From contig CAZHIA010000006.1 in NCBI GenBank assembly GCA_964532425.1, positions 65,343 through 129,342 of the forward strand: a DNA stretch of 64,000 bases, written 5' to 3'. The stretch comes from an uncultured Candidatus Saccharibacteria bacterium (GTDB lineage Bacteria; Patescibacteriota; Doudnabacteria; UBA920). Made by a program: the position numbers and the translations under genes. Below the pieces are notes generated by a model. It searched no databases. It worked only from the letters and a program-made list of their open reading frames with translations, and was not told the origin of the DNA. Below are positions 46,194 to 55,650 of this stretch, one piece after another; position 1 is the stretch's first letter; each line of letters opens with the position of its first letter.

Positions 46194-47057
46194 TCAAGCA
46201 GTTTGGATAAGGGAAAGTAATTGTTCATGGAGGGCGGGGTTTGCAGCCAATATAGATTCCTGGCTAATGTCCCACGGCTGTCCGTTCGCCGCGGTAACTA
46301 TACCGCCGGCTTCTTGAATAATAATGCAGGCGGCTGCCATATCCCATGGTTCAAGATTTGTGGCAAGGAAACCGTCAAATTTTCCACTGCTGACAAATGC
46401 CAGCTGTGAGGCGGCCGAAGCTAAAACGGGCGTGTAGTTGACGCCGTTCTCCGAAAGAAGCTTCCCCTGAAAGTGCAAAAGCTGCTCACGGTCGAGTTTT
46501 CCGTAATCCAAGCCAACCACGGCTTTATTGATGTTGGTATTATTCGAAACCGACAGTGTCTTTCCATTGAGCCAGGCTCCTCCCCCGCTTTCTGCTTCAT
46601 ACAATTCGTCGCGTCCGGGCAGGTAGATAGCACCGGCTGCAGGTTTTCCGTTGATAGCCAACCCTATGCTGACCGCGTAAATATCGCTAATCTGCAATGC
46701 ATAGTTCATTGTGCCGTCCAGGGGGTCAACCACCCACGTGTATTCAGATTCATTCTCTACGTTGTCGTTTTCTTCGGAGTAGATGTTGTGGGTGGGAAAT
46801 TCTTTGGCAATTTCAAATCGGATCAGACGATCCGCTTCGTCATCCGCTTCGATCTTAAAATTATTTTTGAGTTTATATTCGTAGGTGTGGGGTTGCTGTT
46901 TTTGGGCACTGATCCCCTGTCCGGCCAATTTGGCGAGCTTGGCGGCAAAGGTTCGGAATTTTAGTAATGGGGTGGGCATGAAATGGTCGGTAAATTTTGG
47001 TTCTATAACAACGCGGTTTGAAAACGTTCTGTTTCGGCACCCTGTATTATACTGCAA
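46194..47057 (-). CDS. inositol monophosphatase-family protein (SuhB-like)
   Basis: WVVDPLDGT metal-binding motif. An alternative start is MPTPLL at 46979. Confidence 0.8.
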   Translation of the reverse strand: MQYNTGCRNRTFSNRVVIEPKFTDHFMPTPLLKFRTFAAKLAKLAGQGISAQKQQPHTYEYKLKNNFKIEADDEADRLIRFEIAKEFPTHNIYSEENDNVENESEYTWVVDPLDGTMNYALQISDIYAVSIGLAINGKPAAGAIYLPGRDELYEAESGGGAWLNGKTLSVSNNTNINKAVVGLDYGKLDREQLLHFQGKLLSENGVNYTPVLASAASQLAFVSSGKFDGFLATNLEPWDMAAACIIIQEAGGIVTAANGQPWDISQESILAANPALHEQLLSLIQTA

Positions 47058-47216
47058 CTGTAGACGAAGTCCAGTATTTCTCTCTTAATTATGGAGCTGG
47101 TAGGCCAGCCGTCATGCTCGCCACCTGGCTGGCGAGCATGAGAGTAAGACCTGGCTATCGATTCCGTCACATATCTAAATTACGGTTATTGAAAAACAAT
47201 TTTAAACTGGGGAATC

Positions 47217-50200
47217 ATGGGTCCACTGGAATCACGCATGCTATCACTCCAGGAGTGGCTGGCTCAGAGGAAAATGCGGGGTATAATTGTTACCCTGATC
47301 GTTTTGGTTGTGCTCGAAATTGTGACGCATCGCACCCGGTTTAATGTCGTCAATCCGGGTTTGTTTTTACTTATTGCTGTTGTCTATGCAGCTTTTATCG
47401 ATGGCATGATGGCCGGGCTGGTAAGTGGCACGCTCGGCTTTTTGTATTCTCTATATTTTTTCTCTCGTGATGGCCGCCTATTCACCTACACACCCGATGA
47501 CCTAACCCGGGTTATTGCCCTGTTCGTCTCCACTTATGCGATTGTGTATATGACCGGCTGGCTCAAACAGCAGAACGATCTGAAGACCCGGCAGCAGGAG
47601 CAGCAGCGCCTTCAGGAGTTGCAGGAAGACAAGATATGTGTTTTTGCTGATGCTTTCCCTAATATTATTTGGACGATGGCCAGCGATGGTACGTACGAAT
47701 ATTTTAATAATACCTGGTATGAATTTTCAGGATTAACGAGGGTGCAGACGTTCGACCATACGATCACCCGATCCCTCATACACCCAGAAGATATACAGCG
47801 AGTGCTGGAGCGCTGGTGCCAGTCTCGGGAGAGTGGTCAATCACTGGAGATTGAATATCGTCTCAAGTCAAAAGCTGGGGAGTTTCGCTGGTTTATGGCC
47901 AGGATCGTTCCGGTCAAGAACGCCCAGGGCGCGGTTATTAAATGGTTCGGTTCCGCGACTGACATTCACAAGCAGCGCAAGGTTGAAGCAGAATTGGAAA
48001 ATTCCAAGCGGCAGCTGGAGGCGGTGTTAGCGAATGTGGCAGACGGCCTCGTGGTGCGTAATTTCCAGGGCCGGATCCTTTTTACCAACGGAGCGGCATT
48101 ACGCATTTTTGGGGTCAGTTCGGTGGAAGAACTGTCCGAATTCCTCTCATCTGATGTTTCGCATGGTCTTAATTTTCGCGACATTGATAACAGGCCGGTA
48201 CATATGCAAAAGCTTTTTATGCCTACGCCTGGCAAGAACGGTACTGGGACTGATCCGCAGATATACAGTCTTGTTGGCAATGCAATTACCGCAAAGCGAT
48301 GGGTCTCCATTTCCGCCACTTCCATTGTGAATTCCCCCGCTGCCCCCGATCTGTACGTGTCTGTTATCCGGGACATTACGAATGAGCGTAAGGCCATCAT
48401 TGAAACGGAACGATTAGTCGCCCAGCAGGAGTTTCTCGCCCGCGCCGGCGAGCTACTCACTTCTTCTTTGGACCATGAAACAACACTCAAAAGCCTCACC
48501 AGGCTCATTGTGCCAAGGCTTGCCGAATGGACAGTCGTGCATTTGGTCCAACCTGACGGAGCAGTGGTTGAGGTGGCGGCGGCCCACGTAGACCAGGAGA
48601 AGGAAAGGAGGCTCGTGAAAACTCTCGGTACTCGGAAAAACGAGCAGGGTGAACTAGCAACGCCGAGTTGGATGCTCAAAGTTGTGCAGACCGGCAAGCC
48701 CGAATTTCACCCTATCGTGAACGAACAAACTATATCGGCTATTACGCTCGGCACCGAGCACACACGGATGATCCGGGAAACTGGAATCCGTTCGATCATG
48801 GTGGTTCCGCTAAAGAATTTAGACCAAGTGATTGGCACAATCTCTTTTGCCTACACCGATACGGACAATCATTTTTCGGAGAGCGACTTACAAATGGCAG
48901 AAGAGCTGGCACGGCGCGCCTCGATAGCCATTCAGAATTCCAAACTGTATCACCAGGCACGGGAGATTGCGTCCCGCGAACATGAGCACGCTGCTCTTAC
49001 CGAGACTTTACTCGGCAATGCCCCGGTCGGTTTTGGGTTTGTCTCTTTGGATTACAAGTTTTTGCAGGTCAACAACGCTCTCGCTGCCATGAACAGCGTC
49101 AGTCCTCGGGATTTGCTTGACCGGCGCTTGAGCGAAGTCCTACCCGACCTGGCTGAAGTAGTCGAGCCTCAGTATGACCACGTAGTAAAACATGGGGAAC
49201 CGGTGGTTGATTATGAGATTAGCGGGTATACGCCGGACAATCCGGAGCGGCTGCGACACTGGTTCTACAATTTTTTTCCAGTGCGCAATACCGACAGTAA
49301 ATTGAGCGGAATCGGCATTATTGTTGCGGAGGTGACTGACCGCAAGGAAGCCGAACGGGAGATTCATTACCGCGCATACCATGATATCCTGACTGGTTTG
49401 CCGAACCGGAAATATTTTGACGAACGCCTGGCATACGTGCTCCATCGGTCCAAGCGCGACCATCACAAATTTGCCGTATTGTTCATCGACATGGACCGAT
49501 TGAAGAACATTAACGATTCGCTCGGGCATGACATCGGCGATACGGTCATTCGCGAACTTGCGGAACGCCTCAAAAAAACGTTGCGTGCTGGGGATGTAGT
49601 GGCGCGCTGGGGAGGCGATGAATTCGTGATCTTGCTGCCCGAGCTTTCGGTTATAGCAGACGCGGTCAAAGTTGCAGAAAAGATCTTGAAAACCGTGGAG
49701 CCGTCCCTCCGGATTGGCGTCCATACGCTGCACATGACGGTGAGTATTGGCATTGCAGTCTTCCCGAATGATGGAGAGGATGTTCAGACGCTGCAGAAAA
49801 ATGCGGATATCGCCTTGTACCGCGCCAAAGAGGCTGGCAAGAACCGCTACGAGCTGTATAACCAGCAAATGAATGTTAAAGCTTCCGAGCGCCTGGCTCT
49901 GGAAAACGATTTGCGGCAGGCTCTCGCCAAGTGCCAGATGGACCTCTACTATCAGCCAATCCAAGATTTAAAAACCGGACGTATCGTATCGGTCGAAACG
50001 CTGCTCCGTTGGCGGCATCCGCGTTTTGGCCTCTTGTCCCCGCTCCGATTTTTACCCATCGCGGAAGAAACCGGTATCATCTCCCAGCTCGGTTCATGGG
50101 TTATTGACCAGGCCGTCTCCCACATGGCTGAGCTGAACCTTACCAGCGGGCCTATGCGATTTTCGATCAATATTTCAGCGCGTCAATTTTCCGAGGGCGG

Positions 50201-50702
50201 GCTGGTTGCCGGCATTATCGACCGCCTGCAGGCGCATCAATGCAGTCCGGAGCTGCTTGATATTGAAATTACCGAGAGTCTGGCTATGGAAAATCTCGAT
50301 CGGACTCGGAATACGCTCGATGAATTGAAACAATACGGAATCTCTATTACGGTCGACGATTTTGGAACCGGCTACTCTTCCTTGAACTACCTGAAGCGTC
50401 TACCAATTGACCGCCTCAAAATAGACAAATCTTTTGTCCGGCATGTCTTGACCGATGAGCAGGATACCAGCATTATCAAAGCCATTACTTCAATGGCAGA
50501 AAGTTTGCATTTGAAGGTTGTTGCGGAAGGGGTGGATACCGAGATGCAGTTGAATCTTTTGCGGTCGCTCGGCTGCCATGCGGTTCAGGGTTATCATATT
50601 AGCCGCCCGCTGTCGCGACATGAACTAGTGGCATTCTTGAATAAGAAGAACCAAGAGATTTCTCCGGTACAGACACAGGTGGAGGAAGGAGCACAATCTT
50701 AA
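47217..50702 (+). CDS. membrane-anchored PAS-GAF-PAS-GGDEF-EAL signalling protein
   Basis: RWGGDEF diguanylate cyclase motif. EAL signature (EITES, DDFGTGYSS). N-terminal TM helices. 1161 aa. Confidence 0.9.
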   Translation: MGPLESRMLSLQEWLAQRKMRGIIVTLIVLVVLEIVTHRTRFNVVNPGLFLLIAVVYAAFIDGMMAGLVSGTLGFLYSLYFFSRDGRLFTYTPDDLTRVIALFVSTYAIVYMTGWLKQQNDLKTRQQEQQRLQELQEDKICVFADAFPNIIWTMASDGTYEYFNNTWYEFSGLTRVQTFDHTITRSLIHPEDIQRVLERWCQSRESGQSLEIEYRLKSKAGEFRWFMARIVPVKNAQGAVIKWFGSATDIHKQRKVEAELENSKRQLEAVLANVADGLVVRNFQGRILFTNGAALRIFGVSSVEELSEFLSSDVSHGLNFRDIDNRPVHMQKLFMPTPGKNGTGTDPQIYSLVGNAITAKRWVSISATSIVNSPAAPDLYVSVIRDITNERKAIIETERLVAQQEFLARAGELLTSSLDHETTLKSLTRLIVPRLAEWTVVHLVQPDGAVVEVAAAHVDQEKERRLVKTLGTRKNEQGELATPSWMLKVVQTGKPEFHPIVNEQTISAITLGTEHTRMIRETGIRSIMVVPLKNLDQVIGTISFAYTDTDNHFSESDLQMAEELARRASIAIQNSKLYHQAREIASREHEHAALTETLLGNAPVGFGFVSLDYKFLQVNNALAAMNSVSPRDLLDRRLSEVLPDLAEVVEPQYDHVVKHGEPVVDYEISGYTPDNPERLRHWFYNFFPVRNTDSKLSGIGIIVAEVTDRKEAEREIHYRAYHDILTGLPNRKYFDERLAYVLHRSKRDHHKFAVLFIDMDRLKNINDSLGHDIGDTVIRELAERLKKTLRAGDVVARWGGDEFVILLPELSVIADAVKVAEKILKTVEPSLRIGVHTLHMTVSIGIAVFPNDGEDVQTLQKNADIALYRAKEAGKNRYELYNQQMNVKASERLALENDLRQALAKCQMDLYYQPIQDLKTGRIVSVETLLRWRHPRFGLLSPLRFLPIAEETGIISQLGSWVIDQAVSHMAELNLTSGPMRFSINISARQFSEGGLVAGIIDRLQAHQCSPELLDIEITESLAMENLDRTRNTLDELKQYGISITVDDFGTGYSSLNYLKRLPIDRLKIDKSFVRHVLTDEQDTSIIKAITSMAESLHLKVVAEGVDTEMQLNLLRSLGCHAVQGYHISRPLSRHELVAFLNKKNQEISPVQTQVEEGAQS

Positions 50703-50810
50703 TTCCCAATTTCCAATATCCAATTTCCAATAAAATGCCAAATCCCCAAAATCTTATATGCAAAACAGCTCGTTTCGTTAGAAATTGGAAATTTGGAATT
50801 GGAAATTAAC
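50703..50810. repeat. inverted-repeat element built from TTCCAAT words
   Basis: CCAATTTCCAATATCCAATTTCCAAT ... ATTGGAAATTTGGAATTGGAAATT arms around a 50-bp core. Followed by the terminator at 50811..50834. Confidence 0.7.
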
Positions 50811-50836
50811 AAAAATCCCCTTTTCGGGGATTTTAG

Positions 50837-51247
50837 TTATTGCTTCAGTAAATTGTACAACCCCAGTGTCTGTTTGACCTTTTTGACAAGCTCATCCATG
50901 GACCAGTGGCTTTTGACAATATGTTCGAGCACTCCTTTTTTTGTACCGAGGATCTCGCTGATTTTCTCCACCTCGCTCAAGTTACTAATTATGATGACGG
51001 GTATTCCCTGCCCCTCAGTATCGTTTCGTAGCTTCTTGAGCATTGTCAATCCATCCATAGCTGGCATGATGATATCGAGTAAAATCAGATCGGGTTTGGT
51101 CTTGAGGGCGGCCTTCAGGCCTTCTTCCCCGTTTTGCGCCTGGGCAACTTCAAAACCATCCCGAGTAAATTTATCGGTCAGGACTTCTAGCAAAGCGCCT
51201 TCGTCTTCGATAATCAAAATTTTTTTCTTTCCTTGCGTTTTGGCCAT
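50837..51247 (-). CDS. stand-alone response-regulator receiver
   Basis: Start at MAKTQGKKKILIIEDE (ORF opens at 51475). Receiver motifs. Confidence 0.8.
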   Translation of the reverse strand: MAKTQGKKKILIIEDEGALLEVLTDKFTRDGFEVAQAQNGEEGLKAALKTKPDLILLDIIMPAMDGLTMLKKLRNDTEGQGIPVIIISNLSEVEKISEILGTKKGVLEHIVKSHWSMDELVKKVKQTLGLYNLLKQ

Positions 51248-51365
51248 GCGGCGTTGGTTAATGGCTATTTCCTGAGACGTTCGGTGGTTTTTCGCCTTAC
51301 GCGGTCTGCGGTCTTTAGTATACCAGAGCCAACTGGCTTCGTCGATGGAATACCGCTCGCGATGA

Positions 51366-52655
51366 TTATAAGAGCTTTTCCAGCGGGCAAACACAAAACG
51401 GCACAAGCATTTCCGCGTGCGACAGGCCGCCGTGGACCCCTTTTTGATGGAAGGGGTAGCCCGGAAAGTGATCATACCAGACGTGATGGTCTGGTAGAGG
51501 TAAAATGAGTACGTTGCCGATACGGCGCAGGAATTTTTCCGAGGGTTTATGCAGGCCGAACAATCCGCTTTTCAGGGCTTGCTGTGTAGGCAAGACCTTG
51601 GCTTGGCCCGTTAATTCTTGCTGCAGCAGTTTTATGGCACTATTCAATTCGGGTGGATGAATGAACAAAAAAACGTCATGCGGAGCGCCGGTCGGCGGAA
51701 TAATCTCTTTTTTATGCATCCATGCGTATTTGGCGGTCAATTCAAGGTATTTGTTGAGGTAGATAATATCTTCGCCTTTGATATTGGACTGCCCATGGTC
51801 TGCAGTCAGCAAAACGAGGACATCTCCGGCTGCAGTCTTATCGAGCTCACCCAAAAAGCGGCTGGTGAACAGGTTTGAGAAGGATTCGAGTTCTGAAACA
51901 TGTTCCTTGCTGTTCGGTCCAAAACTGTGCTCGACCTGGTCGATAAAGTGCCAGTAGACTAAGAAGAACGCGGGACCATTGGTATTCACCAGTTTATCTT
52001 TGAGTTTTTGTACGAGGTCATTCCCATGAGTGAACGCGACTGCCTCGCTCCCCTTGCTGATGGCTGATTGGTACGCGCCTTGGATGTATTCGTGATATAC
52101 GAAATTGTGTGAAGCAATGCCTGCTTCGGCCAGGCGTTCGTAGACGGTCCGTCCGTCATACAGCATCTCAGCGGTGCCTCCGTGCCGGAGCAGGGCGTTT
52201 GGCTCGCTGGTCCGGATCATTTTGAACGGCAAGGTCTCGATAACTCCTTTGAGTTCTTCGAAATACACAAACCATTCCGGCAGCCCATGTTCTTGCGGGG
52301 TCATGCCGGTATGAATGGTGGTCAGTGCGGCGGGAGTCGTCGATGGAAAGACAGATGTCAGCGGAAAGACATCGCCGCGCTCTTCAAACCGGGACAGAAA
52401 TGACATCTGCTCATGGTAGGTTAAAAAATGGTCGAACCCCAAACCGTCAATCACAAACAAGATGACCTTCGAAAACTTCTTTCCGTACCGGTCGAACAAG
52501 CGTTCTTTGAATGTCGGGCGCTGGTGGGCGATCCCGAAATATTCCAGGATGGAAGGCGTAACTTCGGCAATGGAAAAACTGCCGTAGTCCGGCTTCAGGA
52601 AGCCTTCCCAGGACTGGCGCTTTTCGATATCGGCAAGTAGATCTTTATGGATCAT
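51366..52655 (-). CDS. alkaline-phosphatase-superfamily protein (type I phosphodiesterase/nucleotide pyrophosphatase-like)
   Basis: VIDGLGFD metal-site motif and LLTADHGQ motif. Confidence 0.65.
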   Translation of the reverse strand: MIHKDLLADIEKRQSWEGFLKPDYGSFSIAEVTPSILEYFGIAHQRPTFKERLFDRYGKKFSKVILFVIDGLGFDHFLTYHEQMSFLSRFEERGDVFPLTSVFPSTTPAALTTIHTGMTPQEHGLPEWFVYFEELKGVIETLPFKMIRTSEPNALLRHGGTAEMLYDGRTVYERLAEAGIASHNFVYHEYIQGAYQSAISKGSEAVAFTHGNDLVQKLKDKLVNTNGPAFFLVYWHFIDQVEHSFGPNSKEHVSELESFSNLFTSRFLGELDKTAAGDVLVLLTADHGQSNIKGEDIIYLNKYLELTAKYAWMHKKEIIPPTGAPHDVFLFIHPPELNSAIKLLQQELTGQAKVLPTQQALKSGLFGLHKPSEKFLRRIGNVLILPLPDHHVWYDHFPGYPFHQKGVHGGLSHAEMLVPFCVCPLEKLL

Positions 52656-52670
52656 GGCGGTGTTATTGTG

Positions 52671-52746
52671 AACATGTAACCTTTGCCTTTGACATTTAAC
52701 TTTTCGAAAGTGGTCAATTGTAAAATGTTAATGGTCAAATGTTATC
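52671..52746. repeat. word-repeat inverted element, copy d
   Basis: AACATGTAACCTTTGCCTTTGACATTTAAC ... GGTCAATTGTAAAATGTTAATGGTCAAATGTTA. Confidence 0.7.
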
Positions 52747-52753
52747 ATACCCT

Positions 52754-53845
52754 TCACTTAATCAGCTCCTTAAATTCCCTGTATACATAGTGAAGGTGGT
52801 TAATGCGCGAGTGGTCTACAAACTGGTCAATGCAGCCAAGCGGGTATTTCATGTGTTTGAGTTTGGGGTCCCGGATGCTCCGATTGATCTCGCTAATATA
52901 CAGTCCTACGTCCAAGACCTTGTAACCACGACCATGGAAGTCGCTTAATTCAGTCGTTAGCGGTTTCGTAATGCGTAATTGATTGTGTAATGTGGCTAAT
53001 TGTTGGTACGCCAGCCCAAGCAGACGCTCGCGTTCTTCCCAGGAAGGCGCATGAAGTACGCCGACCAGGACCGGAATCATGGATGGTGCGTGGCTCAGAC
53101 GCAGAAAGGCAGTCCCGAACCATTTGCTGTATGGCACGTATTTCTTTTCTAAAAAAAAGCACATGGTCATGATCCGGTCGATCATGCGTGAGGTAATAAG
53201 GGATGAGCCAATTTCATCCCCTACTTGGGCTGAGCGTCCTGGGTATGAAAGCTCGTTGGCGATCTTGTCCCACTGGATCTTTAAAATATACAGCCAGATA
53301 TCCCGCGGGTAGTAGGAAAATTTGTTTCTGATCTCCTCAAGCCGGCCAAGTCCGTCATAATAGACGGTACCGCTGGTGACTTCCAGAAGGGCTTGCTGCG
53401 GGAACGTGAGCCAGTCTTTGAGGGTAACTTTACGGTACGGATTAAACCCCAAATAATACTCGAAGAACGATCGGATAGAAAAGACTTTGACCAAATGGTT
53501 GACCGGTCCGCGCGCTTTTGGCTGCATCTGCTGAACCAGGTAAGATTGTCGCGGCCGGGTAAAGTTCGTGGAAAATCCCTGGAAGGTTACAGGCAGGTGT
53601 TGGGCCAAGAGCCGATGGATTTTTTCGGAATATTTTTTCAGATTTTGCTCAGAAACAAACAGAATGCCGCGCGGTCCCCAGTTATGGTCCATGGACTGCT
53701 CGGTGTCGAAACCAAGGACATCCGAACCTTCCCCCATGAGGCCGGCTGAGTACTTTAAGCGCGGGAAATACTGCTCCATTAGCGGCTTGATCGCCTCATG
53801 GAAAAACATGCGGTTCAACTCTACGCCCGGAATAAAGTTTGGCAT
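52754..53845 (-). CDS. nucleotidyltransferase-domain protein
   Basis: Minimal NTase signature GLMGEGSDVLGFDTEQSMDHN (GS-x9-D-x-E/D). Confidence 0.5.
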   Translation of the reverse strand: MPNFIPGVELNRMFFHEAIKPLMEQYFPRLKYSAGLMGEGSDVLGFDTEQSMDHNWGPRGILFVSEQNLKKYSEKIHRLLAQHLPVTFQGFSTNFTRPRQSYLVQQMQPKARGPVNHLVKVFSIRSFFEYYLGFNPYRKVTLKDWLTFPQQALLEVTSGTVYYDGLGRLEEIRNKFSYYPRDIWLYILKIQWDKIANELSYPGRSAQVGDEIGSSLITSRMIDRIMTMCFFLEKKYVPYSKWFGTAFLRLSHAPSMIPVLVGVLHAPSWEERERLLGLAYQQLATLHNQLRITKPLTTELSDFHGRGYKVLDVGLYISEINRSIRDPKLKHMKYPLGCIDQFVDHSRINHLHYVYREFKELIK

Positions 53846-53935
53846 GCCAACCTCTATGGTTTTGGGCTGCGGGTAATACCTAAAACCCTTAACGGATGAG
53901 TGCCTTATTTGACGGAAGAAACAGCTAAATCAAAC

Positions 53936-53966
53936 AAAACCGTCCCGGCGGTACCGGGACGGTTTT
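53936..53966. terminator. bidirectional intrinsic terminator
   Basis: ACCGTCCCGG-cggta-CCGGGACGGT flanked by A- and T-runs. Confidence 0.7.
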
Positions 53967-54079
53967 GTGAATACTACTCTTATTTCGATTGGTCGAAGGT
54001 GGAGCAGATCAATTCTCCGTAAGTGGACAGGGACGCGGCAAAGCCGGTGTGCAGCGGTTCGGGCAAATGGTTGAGCCGA

Positions 54080-54349
54080 TTAATGGTATTTTTCCCTTGG
54101 TTCTTCCGGACGAGGTTTGTTTTCCCGGTCATGGGCAGTAAGCCGATCCACCATATTATTGCTGTTCATGGCACCCGAAAAGATCAGCTCTTTAAACATA
54201 TTGAAAATTTGGAATCGCCTATCCGTATCGCGGCCTGCCCGATGGTAAAAGCGCTCCAGGCTGGAAACAATGGTTTCTTCCACCGGGAACCCCTTGAGAG
54301 TGAAGGATATCGGCTCGTTAGGTACTGGTAATTCAGCTTTAAGTTCCAT
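54080..54349 (-). CDS. hypothetical protein
   Basis: ORF only. A competing + strand ORF at 54023..54331 is judged less protein-like. Confidence 0.35.
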   Translation of the reverse strand: MELKAELPVPNEPISFTLKGFPVEETIVSSLERFYHRAGRDTDRRFQIFNMFKELIFSGAMNSNNMVDRLTAHDRENKPRPEEPREKYH

Positions 54350-54508
54350 ATGAGATCTATTAATTGGCTACTCATATTATATAAGTATGACGGAGAAATG
54401 TATAGAACATTCCTGTAGGTGAAACCTTATGATAGATAGCAACGTTATATTATATAGACAAGGTAAGAAATTTATTAACACTACTAAAACCGCCGATTAT
54501 CGGCCATT

Positions 54509-54898
54509 ATGAACATTACATGGGAAGAATTGAACTCGGTTAACATTAGCGAGCTCGATGAGGACCATCAGGAAATTGCAGCATTGATTAATCGACTCAG
54601 TCGGACTACCAGCAAGGATGGAGCCGGCAGAATCATCCGGAAATTGGAAATATACGCAATCGAGCACTTTAAAGCCGAGGAATCATATTTTAAAAAGTAT
54701 CAATACCCAGCAGCTGAGCCTCATGTCAGGCAGCATCAGGCTTTTTTGCGGCGTATACGCCAGTTCAGGCGGCAATATGACGCTGGTGTCTTGGAAAATG
54801 CCAGGCTTCTGGAATTCCTGAATACCTGGTGGCTCGCCCATATTAATAACTCTGACCAAAAATATACAGATTTTTTAAACCAACAGGGAGTTTTTTGA
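54509..54898 (+). CDS. bacteriohemerythrin-like (HHE cation-binding) protein
   Basis: ITWEELNSVNISELDEDHQEIAALINRL N-terminal hemerythrin signature. Downstream His/Glu spacing HFKAEE ... HVRQH ... WLAHINNSD. Confidence 0.75.
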   Translation: MNITWEELNSVNISELDEDHQEIAALINRLSRTTSKDGAGRIIRKLEIYAIEHFKAEESYFKKYQYPAAEPHVRQHQAFLRRIRQFRRQYDAGVLENARLLEFLNTWWLAHINNSDQKYTDFLNQQGVF

Positions 54899-55214
54899 AA
54901 GAGCATTCGACTCGCCCGAGTGGCGGGTTTTTGGTTTATCCGGGTACGGCTGCGTCTGTCGGGTAGTCCTATAACTTTAGCGGTTAGCGGGCTCTGGATT
55001 ATTTCCGAGCTTTATGGTAAAATAAGTTAGCTTGGTGAGAGATCGGCAGTTCAGCGGAGTTAAATTTTTAAGCCGGTTCAATTGCCGATGTAGCTCTCCG
55101 CCAGCTGGCGGATGGTTAGAATAGCTGTTTTGCTCCGACGTTTGCGAAAGCAAAGTCGGAGTCCCGACCTTCGTCTGACGGAGTGTCGGGATAAACCATC
55201 AAACAAAGTCAATA

Positions 55215-55290
55215 TGCCAGCTTAGCTCATCTGGTAGAGCAACGGTTTTGTAAACCGTAGGTGGCCGGTTCGAGTCCGGCAGCTGGCTCC
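55215..55290 (+). tRNA. tRNA-Thr (anticodon TGT), CCA encoded
   Basis: Hand-folded cloverleaf: acceptor GCCAGCT/AGCTGGC, anticodon stem ACGGT/ACCGT, loop TTTGTAA, T-loop TTCGAGT. Confidence 0.85.
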
Positions 55291-55419
55291 ACTTCTTCGC
55301 TTAAGCTTCGAAGTGCAAGCACTCATTATCCCTTGTTTCGGATCAGGATAATGCTAAATTTTCTGACGCCCAGAAAATTTTCTTTATAACTTTATAACTT
55401 TTAACTTGATAACTGCACT

Positions 55420-55575
55420 ATGTCCCAGGATCATCTTATCAACATGGAATGCACGGTCTGCCATAATCTGAATTATCAGACCAATAAGAACAAGAAAATT
55501 ACTCAGAAGCGCCTCGAGCTGCAGAAGTTCTGCAAGCACTGCAAGAAGAAGACGGCGCACAAGGAAACGAAATAG
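55420..55575 (+). CDS. rpmG: 50S ribosomal protein L33
   Basis: 51-aa zinc-ribbon protein [19 protein letters not shown]...[14 protein letters not shown]. Below the ORF-track cut-off. Terminator at 55583..55606. Confidence 0.85.
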   Translation: MSQDHLINMECTVCHNLNYQTNKNKKITQKRLELQKFCKHCKKKTAHKETK

Positions 55576-55650
55576 TTTATTAAAAACAGCCAAATGGCTG
55601 TTTTTATTTTTATATTTATGGTATAATCGTCTGTGTGCAAGTAAACTGGA

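Noticed and set aside
54950-55200. Possible RNase P RNA or another known ncRNA upstream of tRNA-Thr.
   Set aside because: I looked by eye for the CR-I (GGAAAGUCCGGGCUCC) and CR-V (ACAGAACCCGGCUUA) boxes. Only partial look-alikes were found, on opposite strands and in the wrong order, so I kept it as an unclassified structured region.
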